Assembly: GCA_039208735.1 (NCBI GenBank)
Contig: JBCCQY010000226.1
Coordinates: 1 to 11,727, forward strand
Direction of reading: 5' to 3'
Length of the DNA: 11,727 nucleotides
Source: Myxococcota bacterium
GTDB taxonomy: Bacteria > Myxococcota_A > UBA796 > GCA-2862545
The translations under genes and the position numbers were made by a program. The notes beneath the pieces are model-generated. The model saw only the letters and a program-made list of their open reading frames with translations. It searched no databases and was not told the DNA's origin. Positions 1 to 7,922 of the stretch are shown piece by piece. The stretch's first letter is position 1, and every line of letters starts with the position of its first letter.

Positions 1-286
1 AGCCAGTACGTTGGCCGATTGCACGTATCGGGACCCGCTCGCCCACAAGCAAGGGCATGCCGACCTCATTGGCTACATGTTGGCGTTTCACCAACAGACG
101 CCCGGAGGCCACTTCGTGACCCGACGCTACCAGCACCACCACGGCCGCAGCCTCATCGAGTGGGACATGGTGGACGGCACCGGCACGAAGCTAGGCGAAG
201 GTGCAAGCTTCGCTGAATACGCTCCCGACGGGCGCCTTCGCACGATGACCGGATTCTTCGAGACCCCACCCGAGTCTGCGGGATGA
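1..286 (+). CDS. SnoaL-like / NTF2-fold protein, 5'-truncated by the window edge
   Basis: Frame is open to the window edge (2..10 gcc agt acg). Translation has the SnoaL_2-type pattern YRDPL..xGxxxL...F...PG, followed by W(D)MVDG.G....GASF.E...DGRL...TGFF. Stop TGA overlaps the next ATG (ATGA, 283-286). Confidence 0.8.
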   Translation, partial: ASTLADCTYRDPLAHKQGHADLIGYMLAFHQQTPGGHFVTRRYQHHHGRSLIEWDMVDGTGTKLGEGASFAEYAPDGRLRTMTGFFETPPESAG

Positions 287-1164
287 CGATGCTCGAGCAG
301 GTGCAACGAGGCATCGACTACATCGAGGCCCACCTCGACCGATCGTTTGCCTTGACCGACGTGTCCCGCATCGCCGGAATGAGCCACTGGCATTTCCAGC
401 GCATGTTCCGTGCCCTGACCGGTGAGACGCTCATGACCTACGTCCGAGCGCGTCGCCTGTCACGCGCCTTGATTCGCCTGCTCGATACCGATGACCGAAT
501 CCTCGAGATCGCGCTCGATGCGGGATTCTCGTCTCACGAGAGCTTCACCCGCGCCTTCCAACGGACCTATGGTCTCGCACCGGCTGCCTTCCGGCGGCTC
601 GGGAATCGGCGCCTCTTTCCCAAGAAGCTTCGGATTGACCAGGCCTACCTCACGCACGTCGGGCAGCACGTCACCCGAGAACCCGAGATCGTGCACCGCG
701 AGGCCATGGCCGTGGTGGGAATGCAAACCTCGTTCTTCGGGGTCGACTCCGACAAGAACAACCTCGCAGAGCGCATTCCCGCCCTTTGGGACGCGTTCAC
801 GCCGCGCATGGACGAACTCGAGGGGACCCGGACGGAGTACTACGGGCTCATTTCATGTGAACCCCACTCCGAACGGCTGACCTACCTGGCCTGCGGCGAC
901 TTGGGAGGGCCCCCGCCGGCCGACATGGTGGTCGACACGGTGCCGTCGGGCACCTGGGCCGTCTTCGAGCACCGCGGGCCCCCCGAGCAGCTCGACCACA
1001 CCGTGAATTACGTCTACTCGGCTTGGCTTATGGGCTCCAAGACCTGGCGACACACCTACGGACCCGATCTCGAGATCTACGGTCCCGATTGGGCCCCAGA
1101 GTCTCCACAGTCCGTCATGCACTACGCCGTGCCCGTGGTTCAACCCGACGGGTCGCTCCGGTAG
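283..1164 (+). CDS. AraC-family transcriptional regulator with C-terminal GyrI-like effector-binding domain (Rob-like architecture)
   Basis: N-terminal AraC double HTH (IDYIEAHL...MSHWHFQRMF...YVRARRL...ILEIALDAGFSSHESFTRAFQRTYGLAPAAFR). C-terminal GyrI-like domain (VPSGTWAVFEHRG...YVYSAWL...GPDLEIY). Confidence 0.95.
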   Translation: MTMLEQVQRGIDYIEAHLDRSFALTDVSRIAGMSHWHFQRMFRALTGETLMTYVRARRLSRALIRLLDTDDRILEIALDAGFSSHESFTRAFQRTYGLAPAAFRRLGNRRLFPKKLRIDQAYLTHVGQHVTREPEIVHREAMAVVGMQTSFFGVDSDKNNLAERIPALWDAFTPRMDELEGTRTEYYGLISCEPHSERLTYLACGDLGGPPPADMVVDTVPSGTWAVFEHRGPPEQLDHTVNYVYSAWLMGSKTWRHTYGPDLEIYGPDWAPESPQSVMHYAVPVVQPDGSLR

Positions 1165-1241
1165 AGCACACCGACGCCCGTTGAATCATCTGGCAACGCA
1201 TCCACGGAGGCATTGCGGTACCTTGGATCGAGGTTCCAACA

Positions 1242-2873
1242 ATGTCGATGAACACGTGGCTTGAAGACCTCGACCCCGCCGATCGGGGTTTCCTCACTTG
1301 GCTTTCGGCCGTGGTGCGGCTGCCTTTGGACGACCTGCTGCAGACCATCGGCGTCGTCGCGGAGGCGGATCGCATTCGCGAACTCGACTTGTCCCCGTTG
1401 GGGCCTCACATCGCAGATCGCCCCCGCCCGCTGGACCCTCCGTTCGCGGGACTCGACGGTCTGCGCCGGCTCGACTGCTCGGGCCTTCAGCTGCCGAAAC
1501 TCGACCTTCGCTCTCTGGGTCCGCTCCGCCACCTGCGGTGCGCCGACAACGCGCTTCGCGAACTCGATGTGTCGGCCATGTCCGAACTCGAAAGCCTGGA
1601 CTGTTCAGGCAATGCGTTGATGACGTTGGACTTGCGTGGGCTGGGCGCGTTGCGCGATGTGACCTGCCGCGAGAACGGGCTTGCCATGCTGTTGATGGAT
1701 GAAGCGGTCACGCTGCATCGGCTCGACGCAAGCAGCAACCAGCTGATGGTGTTGGACCTGGGCGCCCAGCCCGTCCTCCACGAACTGTGGCTCGCGCGAA
1801 ATGCCCTGGTCTCCCTCAAAGGATCGCTGCCTGCGCTCGAGGTTCTCGAGGCTTCCCACAATCAGCTCTCGCGGTTGGATGCGGCCGAGTGGCCAGCCCT
1901 CACGACGTTGTCGGTCGCCCACAATCGTCTTGCCGCCCTCGATGTGCCGCCGACGATTTTGCAACTCGAAGTCGGCCACAACTACCTCGCAGCCCTCAAT
2001 CTCGCCGCGGCGTCCGACTTGGTCCACCTCGCGGCTGACCACAATCAGCTCGTCGCAGTGGCCTGGCCGCGCTCGAACGCCCTGGTCCGCGTCCACGTGA
2101 ACGGCAACCGCCTTTCTTCCTTGGCTTTGGGGCCTGGCCCGACCCTCGTCGTGACGTGCGATCGCAACCATCTCGCCCTGCTCGACACCACCGAGCTGCC
2201 TGCCCTGACCAAGCTTTCGTGTACCCACAACCGGCTGACCCTGCTCGATGTCCGTAAGAATCCGAACCTTGTGGATCTCGATCTTCGGAACAACCCAAAC
2301 CTGCGCACGGTCGACTTGACCCGCAACCCATGGCTGACCCATCTCGCGGTCGACGCCGAGGGGCCACGGCTCATCAAGGCCGACCGCGCCTTGTACGACA
2401 TTGCCGTACCCGACGATGCGACCCCCCTCGAAGACCTCGACACGCTTTCCCTCCACCGTGCCGCGCTGGCGTGGTGGCGCTCGGGTCGCCCCGAGCAGCT
2501 CGAAGCCATCGTCGCCCACCCCCGCTGCGACTGGGGAACGGCTGCCCTGCTTTACTGGACGCATCGCCCCTACCGGGTGCGCCGCGACGTGGATGCGTCC
2601 GCGCTCGAACCTTTCGAGGTTCCAACGTGGCGTCTCGTACAAGCCATCGAAGCGCGCGCCCAAGGCGATGGATTCGCGAGCCGCGATTGTCCCTTCAACC
2701 CGCAACACGACACCACGACGATTTCGGTCGAGGGCATGGATTGGACCCGCGAGGGTCAGGCCGATGGCGTTGTCGTGCCCCCGTTGCTTCTCGAGGCGAT
2801 TCAGCCTTCGGGCATCGGGCCCCAAACGAGATTGCCCAATGCCACGACGAGCCACCGCCAGGAAACCTCGTAG
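1242..2873 (+). CDS. Leucine-rich repeat protein with C-terminal DUF4274-like domain
   Basis: About 14-15 tandem LxxLxC/AxxNxLxxLD repeats. C-terminal LH.AAL.W...L.AIVAHPRCDWGTAALLYW resembles the DUF4274 pattern as recalled. GAGG lies upstream of the ATG. No signal peptide visible. Confidence 0.85.
   Translation: MSMNTWLEDLDPADRGFLTWLSAVVRLPLDDLLQTIGVVAEADRIRELDLSPLGPHIADRPRPLDPPFAGLDGLRRLDCSGLQLPKLDLRSLGPLRHLRCADNALRELDVSAMSELESLDCSGNALMTLDLRGLGALRDVTCRENGLAMLLMDEAVTLHRLDASSNQLMVLDLGAQPVLHELWLARNALVSLKGSLPALEVLEASHNQLSRLDAAEWPALTTLSVAHNRLAALDVPPTILQLEVGHNYLAALNLAAASDLVHLAADHNQLVAVAWPRSNALVRVHVNGNRLSSLALGPGPTLVVTCDRNHLALLDTTELPALTKLSCTHNRLTLLDVRKNPNLVDLDLRNNPNLRTVDLTRNPWLTHLAVDAEGPRLIKADRALYDIAVPDDATPLEDLDTLSLHRAALAWWRSGRPEQLEAIVAHPRCDWGTAALLYWTHRPYRVRRDVDASALEPFEVPTWRLVQAIEARAQGDGFASRDCPFNPQHDTTTISVEGMDWTREGQADGVVVPPLLLEAIQPSGIGPQTRLPNATTSHRQETS
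1461..2355 (+). repeat. Protein-level tandem LRR array, mostly 21 aa per unit (IRREKO-type consensus)
   Basis: Units such as LRHLRCADNALRELDVSAMSE, LESLDCSGNALMTLDLRGLGA, LEVLEASHNQLSRLDAAEWPA and LTKLSCTHNRLTLLDVRKNPN. Unit length 19-22 aa. Divergent at the DNA level. Confidence 0.85.
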
Positions 2874-3190
2874 GCCCCGAAGTACGTGAGCCACATCTGA
2901 ATGATCATGAGCAACGCCGTGAATACAACGCCGGCGATCGAGACGGTCCGGGCAGACTCGATGGAGCGTTGAAGATCCTGACCGAAGAAGCCAGCCCGCA
3001 GTCGAGCATGCTCCTTTTCGGCGAAGAACCAACCCGCCAGCACGATCAAGGTGCCTGGGACCGCGGAGCACGGCAGGCCCGTGATGGCGATGAGGAACCC
3101 CACCGACACCAGCGTGAACACTAGGTTCGTGCGAGGGGGAACCCCTCGCCCGCTCTCCGAAAACAGCTCATCGACTTCGTTGCTCACCAT
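2801..3190 (-). CDS. Small hypothetical integral membrane protein (about 3-4 hydrophobic segments)
   Basis: 129 aa with clear hydrophobic stretches (LVFTLVSVGFLIAITGLP, GTLIVLAGWFFA, VSIAGVVFTALLMIIQMWLTYF). Fills the gap between the LRR gene and yaaA. TAAGGA lies directly upstream, so the start could be the GTG at 3187. Confidence 0.7.
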   Translation of the reverse strand: MVSNEVDELFSESGRGVPPRTNLVFTLVSVGFLIAITGLPCSAVPGTLIVLAGWFFAEKEHARLRAGFFGQDLQRSIESARTVSIAGVVFTALLMIIQMWLTYFGAYEVSWRWLVVALGNLVWGPMPEG

Positions 3191-3253
3191 TCCTTACTAG
3201 TGATCTCGAACGGTTCCGCCCCGTCACCGTCGGTCAGTTGAAAAGGAGTCCCC

Positions 3254-4042
3254 GTGCTGATGGTCCTCTCTCCTGCAAAGAATCTCCAGGAGGGTCCTGC
3301 GATCGATTCACTGCCCACCAGCGAGCCTGCGTTGCTCGACGACACCGCGGCCCTCCTGAAGGTGGCCCGCCGATGGTCCGTCGCCAATCTGAAGGCACGC
3401 ATGTCGCTTTCCGATGCGCTGGCGACGCTCAACCATGAACGGTTCCAGACCTTCCTCGAACGCCCAGGGCCGACGGAAGCCCGTCAGGCCGCACGGCTGT
3501 TCAACGGCGATGTCTATCAGGGGCTTCACGCCGAAACGCTGACCAAGGCCGATCTCGAGTTCGGCCAACAGCACTTGGCGATTCTGTCTGGGTTGTACGG
3601 CGTGCTGCGTCCCCTCGATCTCGTCCAGCCCTACCGGCTGGAGATGGGCACGAAAGTCAAGACGAGACGCGGCGAAGATCTCTACGCTTTCTGGGGCGAC
3701 CGCATCGCGGCGGTCCTTGCCGAACGCGTGGCCGACCACGACGACAAGACGCTCATAAACCTGGCTTCCAAAGAATACTTTTCGGCCGTTGCCCTGCGTG
3801 CGCTCCCGGGCCCTGTGCTGACGCCGGTGTTCCGCGACGTCAAGAACGGCAAGAGCCGCGTAATCTCCTTCTTCGCGAAGAAGGCGCGCGGCGCCATGGC
3901 GCGTTTCGCCCTGCAGCAACGTCTCACCCGTCCCGAAGGCCTGAAAGGCTTCAACGACGGCGGCTATACGTTTCAGCCGGACCTTTCGACGAAGGCCGAA
4001 TGGGTGTTCACCCGGCCTCAGCCCCCGCCGGTCAACGGCTAA
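3254..4042 (+). CDS. yaaA: Peroxide stress resistance protein YaaA (DUF328/UPF0246)
   Basis: Hallmark motifs LSPAK, F.GDVY.GL, ILSGLYGVLRPLD..QPYRLEMG, INLASKEY, ISFFAKKARG.MARF. Strong RBS AAAAGGAG at 3241-3248 before GTG. Confidence 0.96.
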   Translation: MLMVLSPAKNLQEGPAIDSLPTSEPALLDDTAALLKVARRWSVANLKARMSLSDALATLNHERFQTFLERPGPTEARQAARLFNGDVYQGLHAETLTKADLEFGQQHLAILSGLYGVLRPLDLVQPYRLEMGTKVKTRRGEDLYAFWGDRIAAVLAERVADHDDKTLINLASKEYFSAVALRALPGPVLTPVFRDVKNGKSRVISFFAKKARGAMARFALQQRLTRPEGLKGFNDGGYTFQPDLSTKAEWVFTRPQPPPVNG

Positions 4043-4248
4043 GTGCCGGTGTCGCCGGTCGGGGCAAGCTGGGTCACGAAGCCTTCGGGGGGCTCACAGG
4101 CAAACACCATCGTGGTGGGCTCGCCCAGACCGTCCCCGTCTTCGTCGGGGAAGAAGGCTTGACGCGTCTCACAGTCGCGCTCATCGAGCGGCTCCATGAG
4201 CTGGACACACCCCGTCGCAAACCCGACGATCCACAGGAAACGAATCAC
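4039..4248 (-). CDS. Small putative lipoprotein (69 aa) with one DxDGDGxG acidic metal-binding-like motif
   Basis: Start re-called at GTG 4248 with GGAGG just upstream. This gives MIRFLWIVGFATG-C (short signal and lipobox-like Cys), then C....FFPDEDGDGLGEP....ACEPPEGFV. Its stop overlaps the yaaA stop (ctaa, 4039-4042). Confidence 0.7.
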   Translation of the reverse strand: MIRFLWIVGFATGCVQLMEPLDERDCETRQAFFPDEDGDGLGEPTTMVFACEPPEGFVTQLAPTGDTGT

Positions 4249-4274
4249 GTTGCCCCTCCAGGCGAGACGTATCG

Positions 4275-5351
4275 TCAAGCACGTAGCGCCTCCGTGACCA
4301 CGTCGTCCCACGTTCGAACGGCGGGTCGTGGATGCCGACCCGCTTGGCGACGGATGGCGGCCACCCAGTCCCCGATCTTCCCCGAATGCACGATCTCGCC
4401 GCCCTCGCCCCCGAGCAACCGAGGAGCCTCGGGCAACGGTCCCGTCACCACCGGTACGCCCTGGGCGCGGTAGGCAAGCAGTTTGAGCGGACTAAACCAG
4501 GGCGGCGCATCGGTGGTGTAAGGCGCGACCCCCACGTCAAAGCCGGCCAGGATCGCGCCGACCTCCTGGGGAGGCACCTGGCCGAGCGCCACGATGCGTC
4601 GATGCGCGGGCAGCGTCACCGGCCCCGTCCCCACGGTCACCAACCACGCATCCTCCCCCAGCTCATCGACGATTGCGGGCAGTTGTTCGACCCCATGGGC
4701 CTGACGAAAGCTGCCGACAAATCCGATGACGATGCGAGCGGAATCCGGCACGGGCAACCGATGGCGGGCTCGGATGCGGTCCTCGAGCACGGCGGGCTCG
4801 ACCCCATTGGGCACCACCCGAACGCGATGCGAAGCCGCTCCTCGGCCCACCGCCCAATTGGCCAGCCATGTGCTCACGGCGATCACCCGATCGGCCGTAG
4901 CCACACGTCGCGCCGCCCGGCGCTCCACCCTGCCCCGCACCTTGGCCCCCGCAGCACGTCGTTCTTGAACCACCGGGGCATTGACTTCGATCAGCCAGCG
5001 CGCCCCCACCCGAGCGGCAAACCCTGGGACACCCGACGTGAGCGCGTGGCGCTCCCAGATCCAGTCCGGACGCCACCCATCGGCGGTCGCTCGACGGAGT
5101 CCGGCCGCCGCATCCACCCCTGCCCCAAGCGTCCGGAGTCCTCGGGGCCACCGCGTACGAGGCGCAAGGGCGATCGGTCCCCCCACCGGCTCTCCCCAAC
5201 GCCCCCGCGCATCCACCATCGCGCCCACGGACAGGCGGACGTCGTGCCCCGCTCGTCGCAGGGCTCGTACGATCGCCCGAAGGTGCTCACTTGCGCCAGA
5301 AGGGCCGAACAGCGGCACCCCTCGGTCCGCACAATGCACGAGGACTCTCAC
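4275..5351 (-). CDS. Glycosyltransferase family 4 (GT-B fold)
   Basis: Start re-called at GTG 5351, 10 bp after the CGL stop: MRVLVHCADRGVPLFGPSGASEH...L.RAGHDV, IEVNAP, ADRVIAVS, VVPNGV, GFVGSF...HG, DVGVAPY...FSPLKL..Y...GVPVV. Confidence 0.9.
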   Translation of the reverse strand: MRVLVHCADRGVPLFGPSGASEHLRAIVRALRRAGHDVRLSVGAMVDARGRWGEPVGGPIALAPRTRWPRGLRTLGAGVDAAAGLRRATADGWRPDWIWERHALTSGVPGFAARVGARWLIEVNAPVVQERRAAGAKVRGRVERRAARRVATADRVIAVSTWLANWAVGRGAASHRVRVVPNGVEPAVLEDRIRARHRLPVPDSARIVIGFVGSFRQAHGVEQLPAIVDELGEDAWLVTVGTGPVTLPAHRRIVALGQVPPQEVGAILAGFDVGVAPYTTDAPPWFSPLKLLAYRAQGVPVVTGPLPEAPRLLGGEGGEIVHSGKIGDWVAAIRRQAGRHPRPAVRTWDDVVTEALRA

Positions 5352-5361
5352 CGTCGCGAAA

Positions 5362-6522
5362 TCAGCGCAACGATGCGGCCATGGCCTGGTCCAGGTCCGC
5401 CACGAGGTCGTCGACGTGTTCGATGCCGATGGACAACCGCACCAATCCGTCGTCGATCCCCAACGCAGCCCGCTGCTCGGGCGGCACGGATGCATGCGTC
5501 ATGGACGCCGGCAGCTCGATGAGCGACTCTACGCCCCCGAGCGACTCCGCCAACGTGAAGATCTTGGTGGCCGACACGAAGTCCTCGGCTTCGGCCAACG
5601 TCGCGTCCAACACGAACGACACCATGCCCCCAAACCCGTCCATTTGTCGGTTTGCCAATCCGAATCCCGGGTCCGACTCAAGCAGGGGGTAGTGCAGGCG
5701 TTTGACGCGCGGGTGCTCCGACAGCCACTTCACGATGGCCTTCGCATTGTGTTGATGACGGTCCATGCGCACGGCGAGCGTTTTCAAACCACGCAGGGTG
5801 AGCCACGCATCCCAAGGGCCCGGCACACTCCCCACCGAATTCTGCATGAAGCGGACCGGCTCAACATCCTCGGCCGTGCGGCCAATGACGATACCCGCAA
5901 CGACATCGCTATGGCCGTTGAGGTACTTCGTCATGGAGTGCACGACGTAGTCGGCACCGTGCTCGATCGGGCGCTGAAAGATCGGCGTGGCAAAGGTGTT
6001 GTCGACCGCGAACTTCGCCCCCACCGCTCGGCACCGTGCCGACACCGCAGCGAGATCCGTCACCTTGAGCAAGGGGTTCGTCGGGGTCTCGATCCACACC
6101 ATGGCGACGCCGTCGCCGATCGCATCGGCTGGGTCCACGGTGGTGAAATCGACGTAGGAAAACGACAGGTCGCGCCGCGCCATCACCCGCTCGAACAAGC
6201 GATAGGTGCCGCCGTACAAATCGTCAGAGGCCACCACATGAGCCCCTGCAGGCAAGGTCAGCAACAGCGAGGTGGTCGCCGCGAGCCCGCTGCCAAACGC
6301 AATCGCCTCGGTGCCCCCTTCAAGGGCCGCGACACAGCGCTCGAGCGCTTCGCGGGTGGGGTTGTGCGTGCGGGCGTATTCGTAGCCCGTGTGCTGGGCA
6401 GGCCGCGGCTGTGCATAGGTCGAGGTCTGGAACACAGGCGGCATCACCGCCCCTGTGGTCGGTTCGGGCGACTGCCCCGCGTGAATGACCTTCGTGGACA
6501 GGTGCCCTTCACGATCCGGCAT
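5362..6522 (-). CDS. Cystathionine gamma-lyase / gamma-synthase (Cys/Met metabolism PLP enzyme)
   Basis: Motifs TGAVMPPVFQTSTY, YEYARTHNPTR, DDLYGGTYRLF, ETPTNP, VDNTF, SMTKYLNGHSD (PLP lysine), AESLGGVESL, RLSIGIE. ATG 6522 preferred because GGAG lies at 6532-6529; it overlaps the upstream gene by 14 bp. Confidence 0.95.
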   Translation of the reverse strand: MPDREGHLSTKVIHAGQSPEPTTGAVMPPVFQTSTYAQPRPAQHTGYEYARTHNPTREALERCVAALEGGTEAIAFGSGLAATTSLLLTLPAGAHVVASDDLYGGTYRLFERVMARRDLSFSYVDFTTVDPADAIGDGVAMVWIETPTNPLLKVTDLAAVSARCRAVGAKFAVDNTFATPIFQRPIEHGADYVVHSMTKYLNGHSDVVAGIVIGRTAEDVEPVRFMQNSVGSVPGPWDAWLTLRGLKTLAVRMDRHQHNAKAIVKWLSEHPRVKRLHYPLLESDPGFGLANRQMDGFGGMVSFVLDATLAEAEDFVSATKIFTLAESLGGVESLIELPASMTHASVPPEQRAALGIDDGLVRLSIGIEHVDDLVADLDQAMAASLR

Positions 6523-7897
6523 GGGATTCTCCAGAAAATCGCGCGACATGGTCGATCAAATCGATGCGCGACAGCACGGTCTGTAGCTCGTCTCCGTCCA
6601 TGACGAGGGCGAGTCGAACGTTGCGGAAGAGATCGGAAAGCACCCCGATCGCGGTGTCACGATCCACGACACAAAAGTCTTGGGTCGCCAACTCCCCGGC
6701 GCGGGCCGGTGGCGTCGCAGGATCAAGGGCGGCTTCGAGCAAGGTCCGCTCGTGGAGCACCCCCACCACCCGCCCCTGGCGCAAGACAGGCACCTGGCTA
6801 ATGCCATGCGCCTTGAGCAGCCCGATGGCGTCGATGGCCACGGTGGTGTCGGGAATCGTGATCGGCTGACGGGGGTGCGACCCGATGAGGTCGGCAACCG
6901 TGCCAAGATCGCGAGGGGCCGTCGATAAGCCACGGTCGGCCAACCAAGCGTCGTTGTGGATCGTGTCGAGGAAGGGATGGCCCGAATCCGGCAGCAAGAC
7001 CACCGCCGTGGCCTCCGGCCGGTCGTGGGTGCGCAGCCATCGGAGGGCTCCGGCGACTGCCGCCCCCGAAGCTCCCCCCACCAACCAGCCCTCTTCGCGG
7101 GCGAGTCGGCGCGCCACATGAAACGCCTCGGCGTCGCTTACGCGAACGACGTCGTCAACCACCGAGAAGTCCAGGGTGGACGGAAGAAAGTCTTTGCCAA
7201 TGCCCGCGACCGTATGTCGAAAGGCGGTGGTGATCTGACCGGTCTTGAAAAGGTCGAAGTAGACCGACCCCACTGGATCAACGCCAATCACCTGGACATC
7301 GGGATTCTGTTCCTTGAGGTACCGACCGATCCCCGTGATGGCCCCTCCGGTGCCCAGTCCCGCGATGAAGATGTCGATGGGATCGTCGAGCTGCGCCTCG
7401 AGTTCGGGACCCGTGACTCGGTAGTGCCCGTTTGGATTGGCCGGATTGTGGTGCTGGTTGGCGTAATAGGCGTGGGACGTCTCCGCGGCGAGTCGTTGGG
7501 CCACCCGGTAGTGGGACCGCGCATCATCCGGCTCCACTTGGGTCGGGGCGACCACCACCTTGGCTCCGACGGCCTGCAGAGCGGCTCGTTCGGCCACCGG
7601 CACATGATCGGGCACCACCACCGTGCAGCGGTAGCCTTTGATCGCCGCCGCCATCGCGAGGCCCAAGCTGGATTGCCCATCCGAGGCCTCTACGATCGTA
7701 CCGCCAGGATCAAGGTCTCCCCTTCGTTCTGCCTCATCGAGGATGGACAGCGCGACCCGGTCCTTGAGGGACCCTCCGGGATTCCGCATTTCGAGCTTCG
7801 CGTAGACCCGAATCGAAAGCGCTGCCGTCAGCCTCTGGAACCGCACCAGCGGAGTGTCGCCAACGCAGGTGAGAACTGTGTCGTGGACATTTCGCAC
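6509..7897 (-). CDS. Cystathionine beta-synthase-like protein (PLP fold II plus C-terminal CBS-domain pair) with an atypical substrate loop
   Basis: GDTPLV, YAKLE..NPGGSLKDR (PLP lysine), NQ..NPAN...HY..TGPE, GLGTGG, GVDPVGS, LAREEG.LVG.ASG, LPDSG, followed by a CBS pair (GISQVPV...VVGVL.E..LL; VLSRIDLI). GTG 7897 has GAGG 5 nt upstream; the alternative start is TTG 7945. Confidence 0.9.
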   Translation of the reverse strand: MRNVHDTVLTCVGDTPLVRFQRLTAALSIRVYAKLEMRNPGGSLKDRVALSILDEAERRGDLDPGGTIVEASDGQSSLGLAMAAAIKGYRCTVVVPDHVPVAERAALQAVGAKVVVAPTQVEPDDARSHYRVAQRLAAETSHAYYANQHHNPANPNGHYRVTGPELEAQLDDPIDIFIAGLGTGGAITGIGRYLKEQNPDVQVIGVDPVGSVYFDLFKTGQITTAFRHTVAGIGKDFLPSTLDFSVVDDVVRVSDAEAFHVARRLAREEGWLVGGASGAAVAGALRWLRTHDRPEATAVVLLPDSGHPFLDTIHNDAWLADRGLSTAPRDLGTVADLIGSHPRQPITIPDTTVAIDAIGLLKAHGISQVPVLRQGRVVGVLHERTLLEAALDPATPPARAGELATQDFCVVDRDTAIGVLSDLFRNVRLALVMDGDELQTVLSRIDLIDHVARFSGESHAGS

Positions 7898-7922
7898 CCG
7901 AACCTCAGAACCATGGGCGGGC

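Noticed and set aside
1605..3071. 488-aa minus-strand ORF (likewise 9370..10392 - and 10160..11155 +)
   Set aside because: These overlap well-supported genes in other frames or strands and show no motifs.
5352..5495. N-terminal extension of the GT4 in the ORF track
   Set aside because: It would overlap the CGL gene by 134 bp. The GT-B first strand (MRVLV) begins at GTG 5351.
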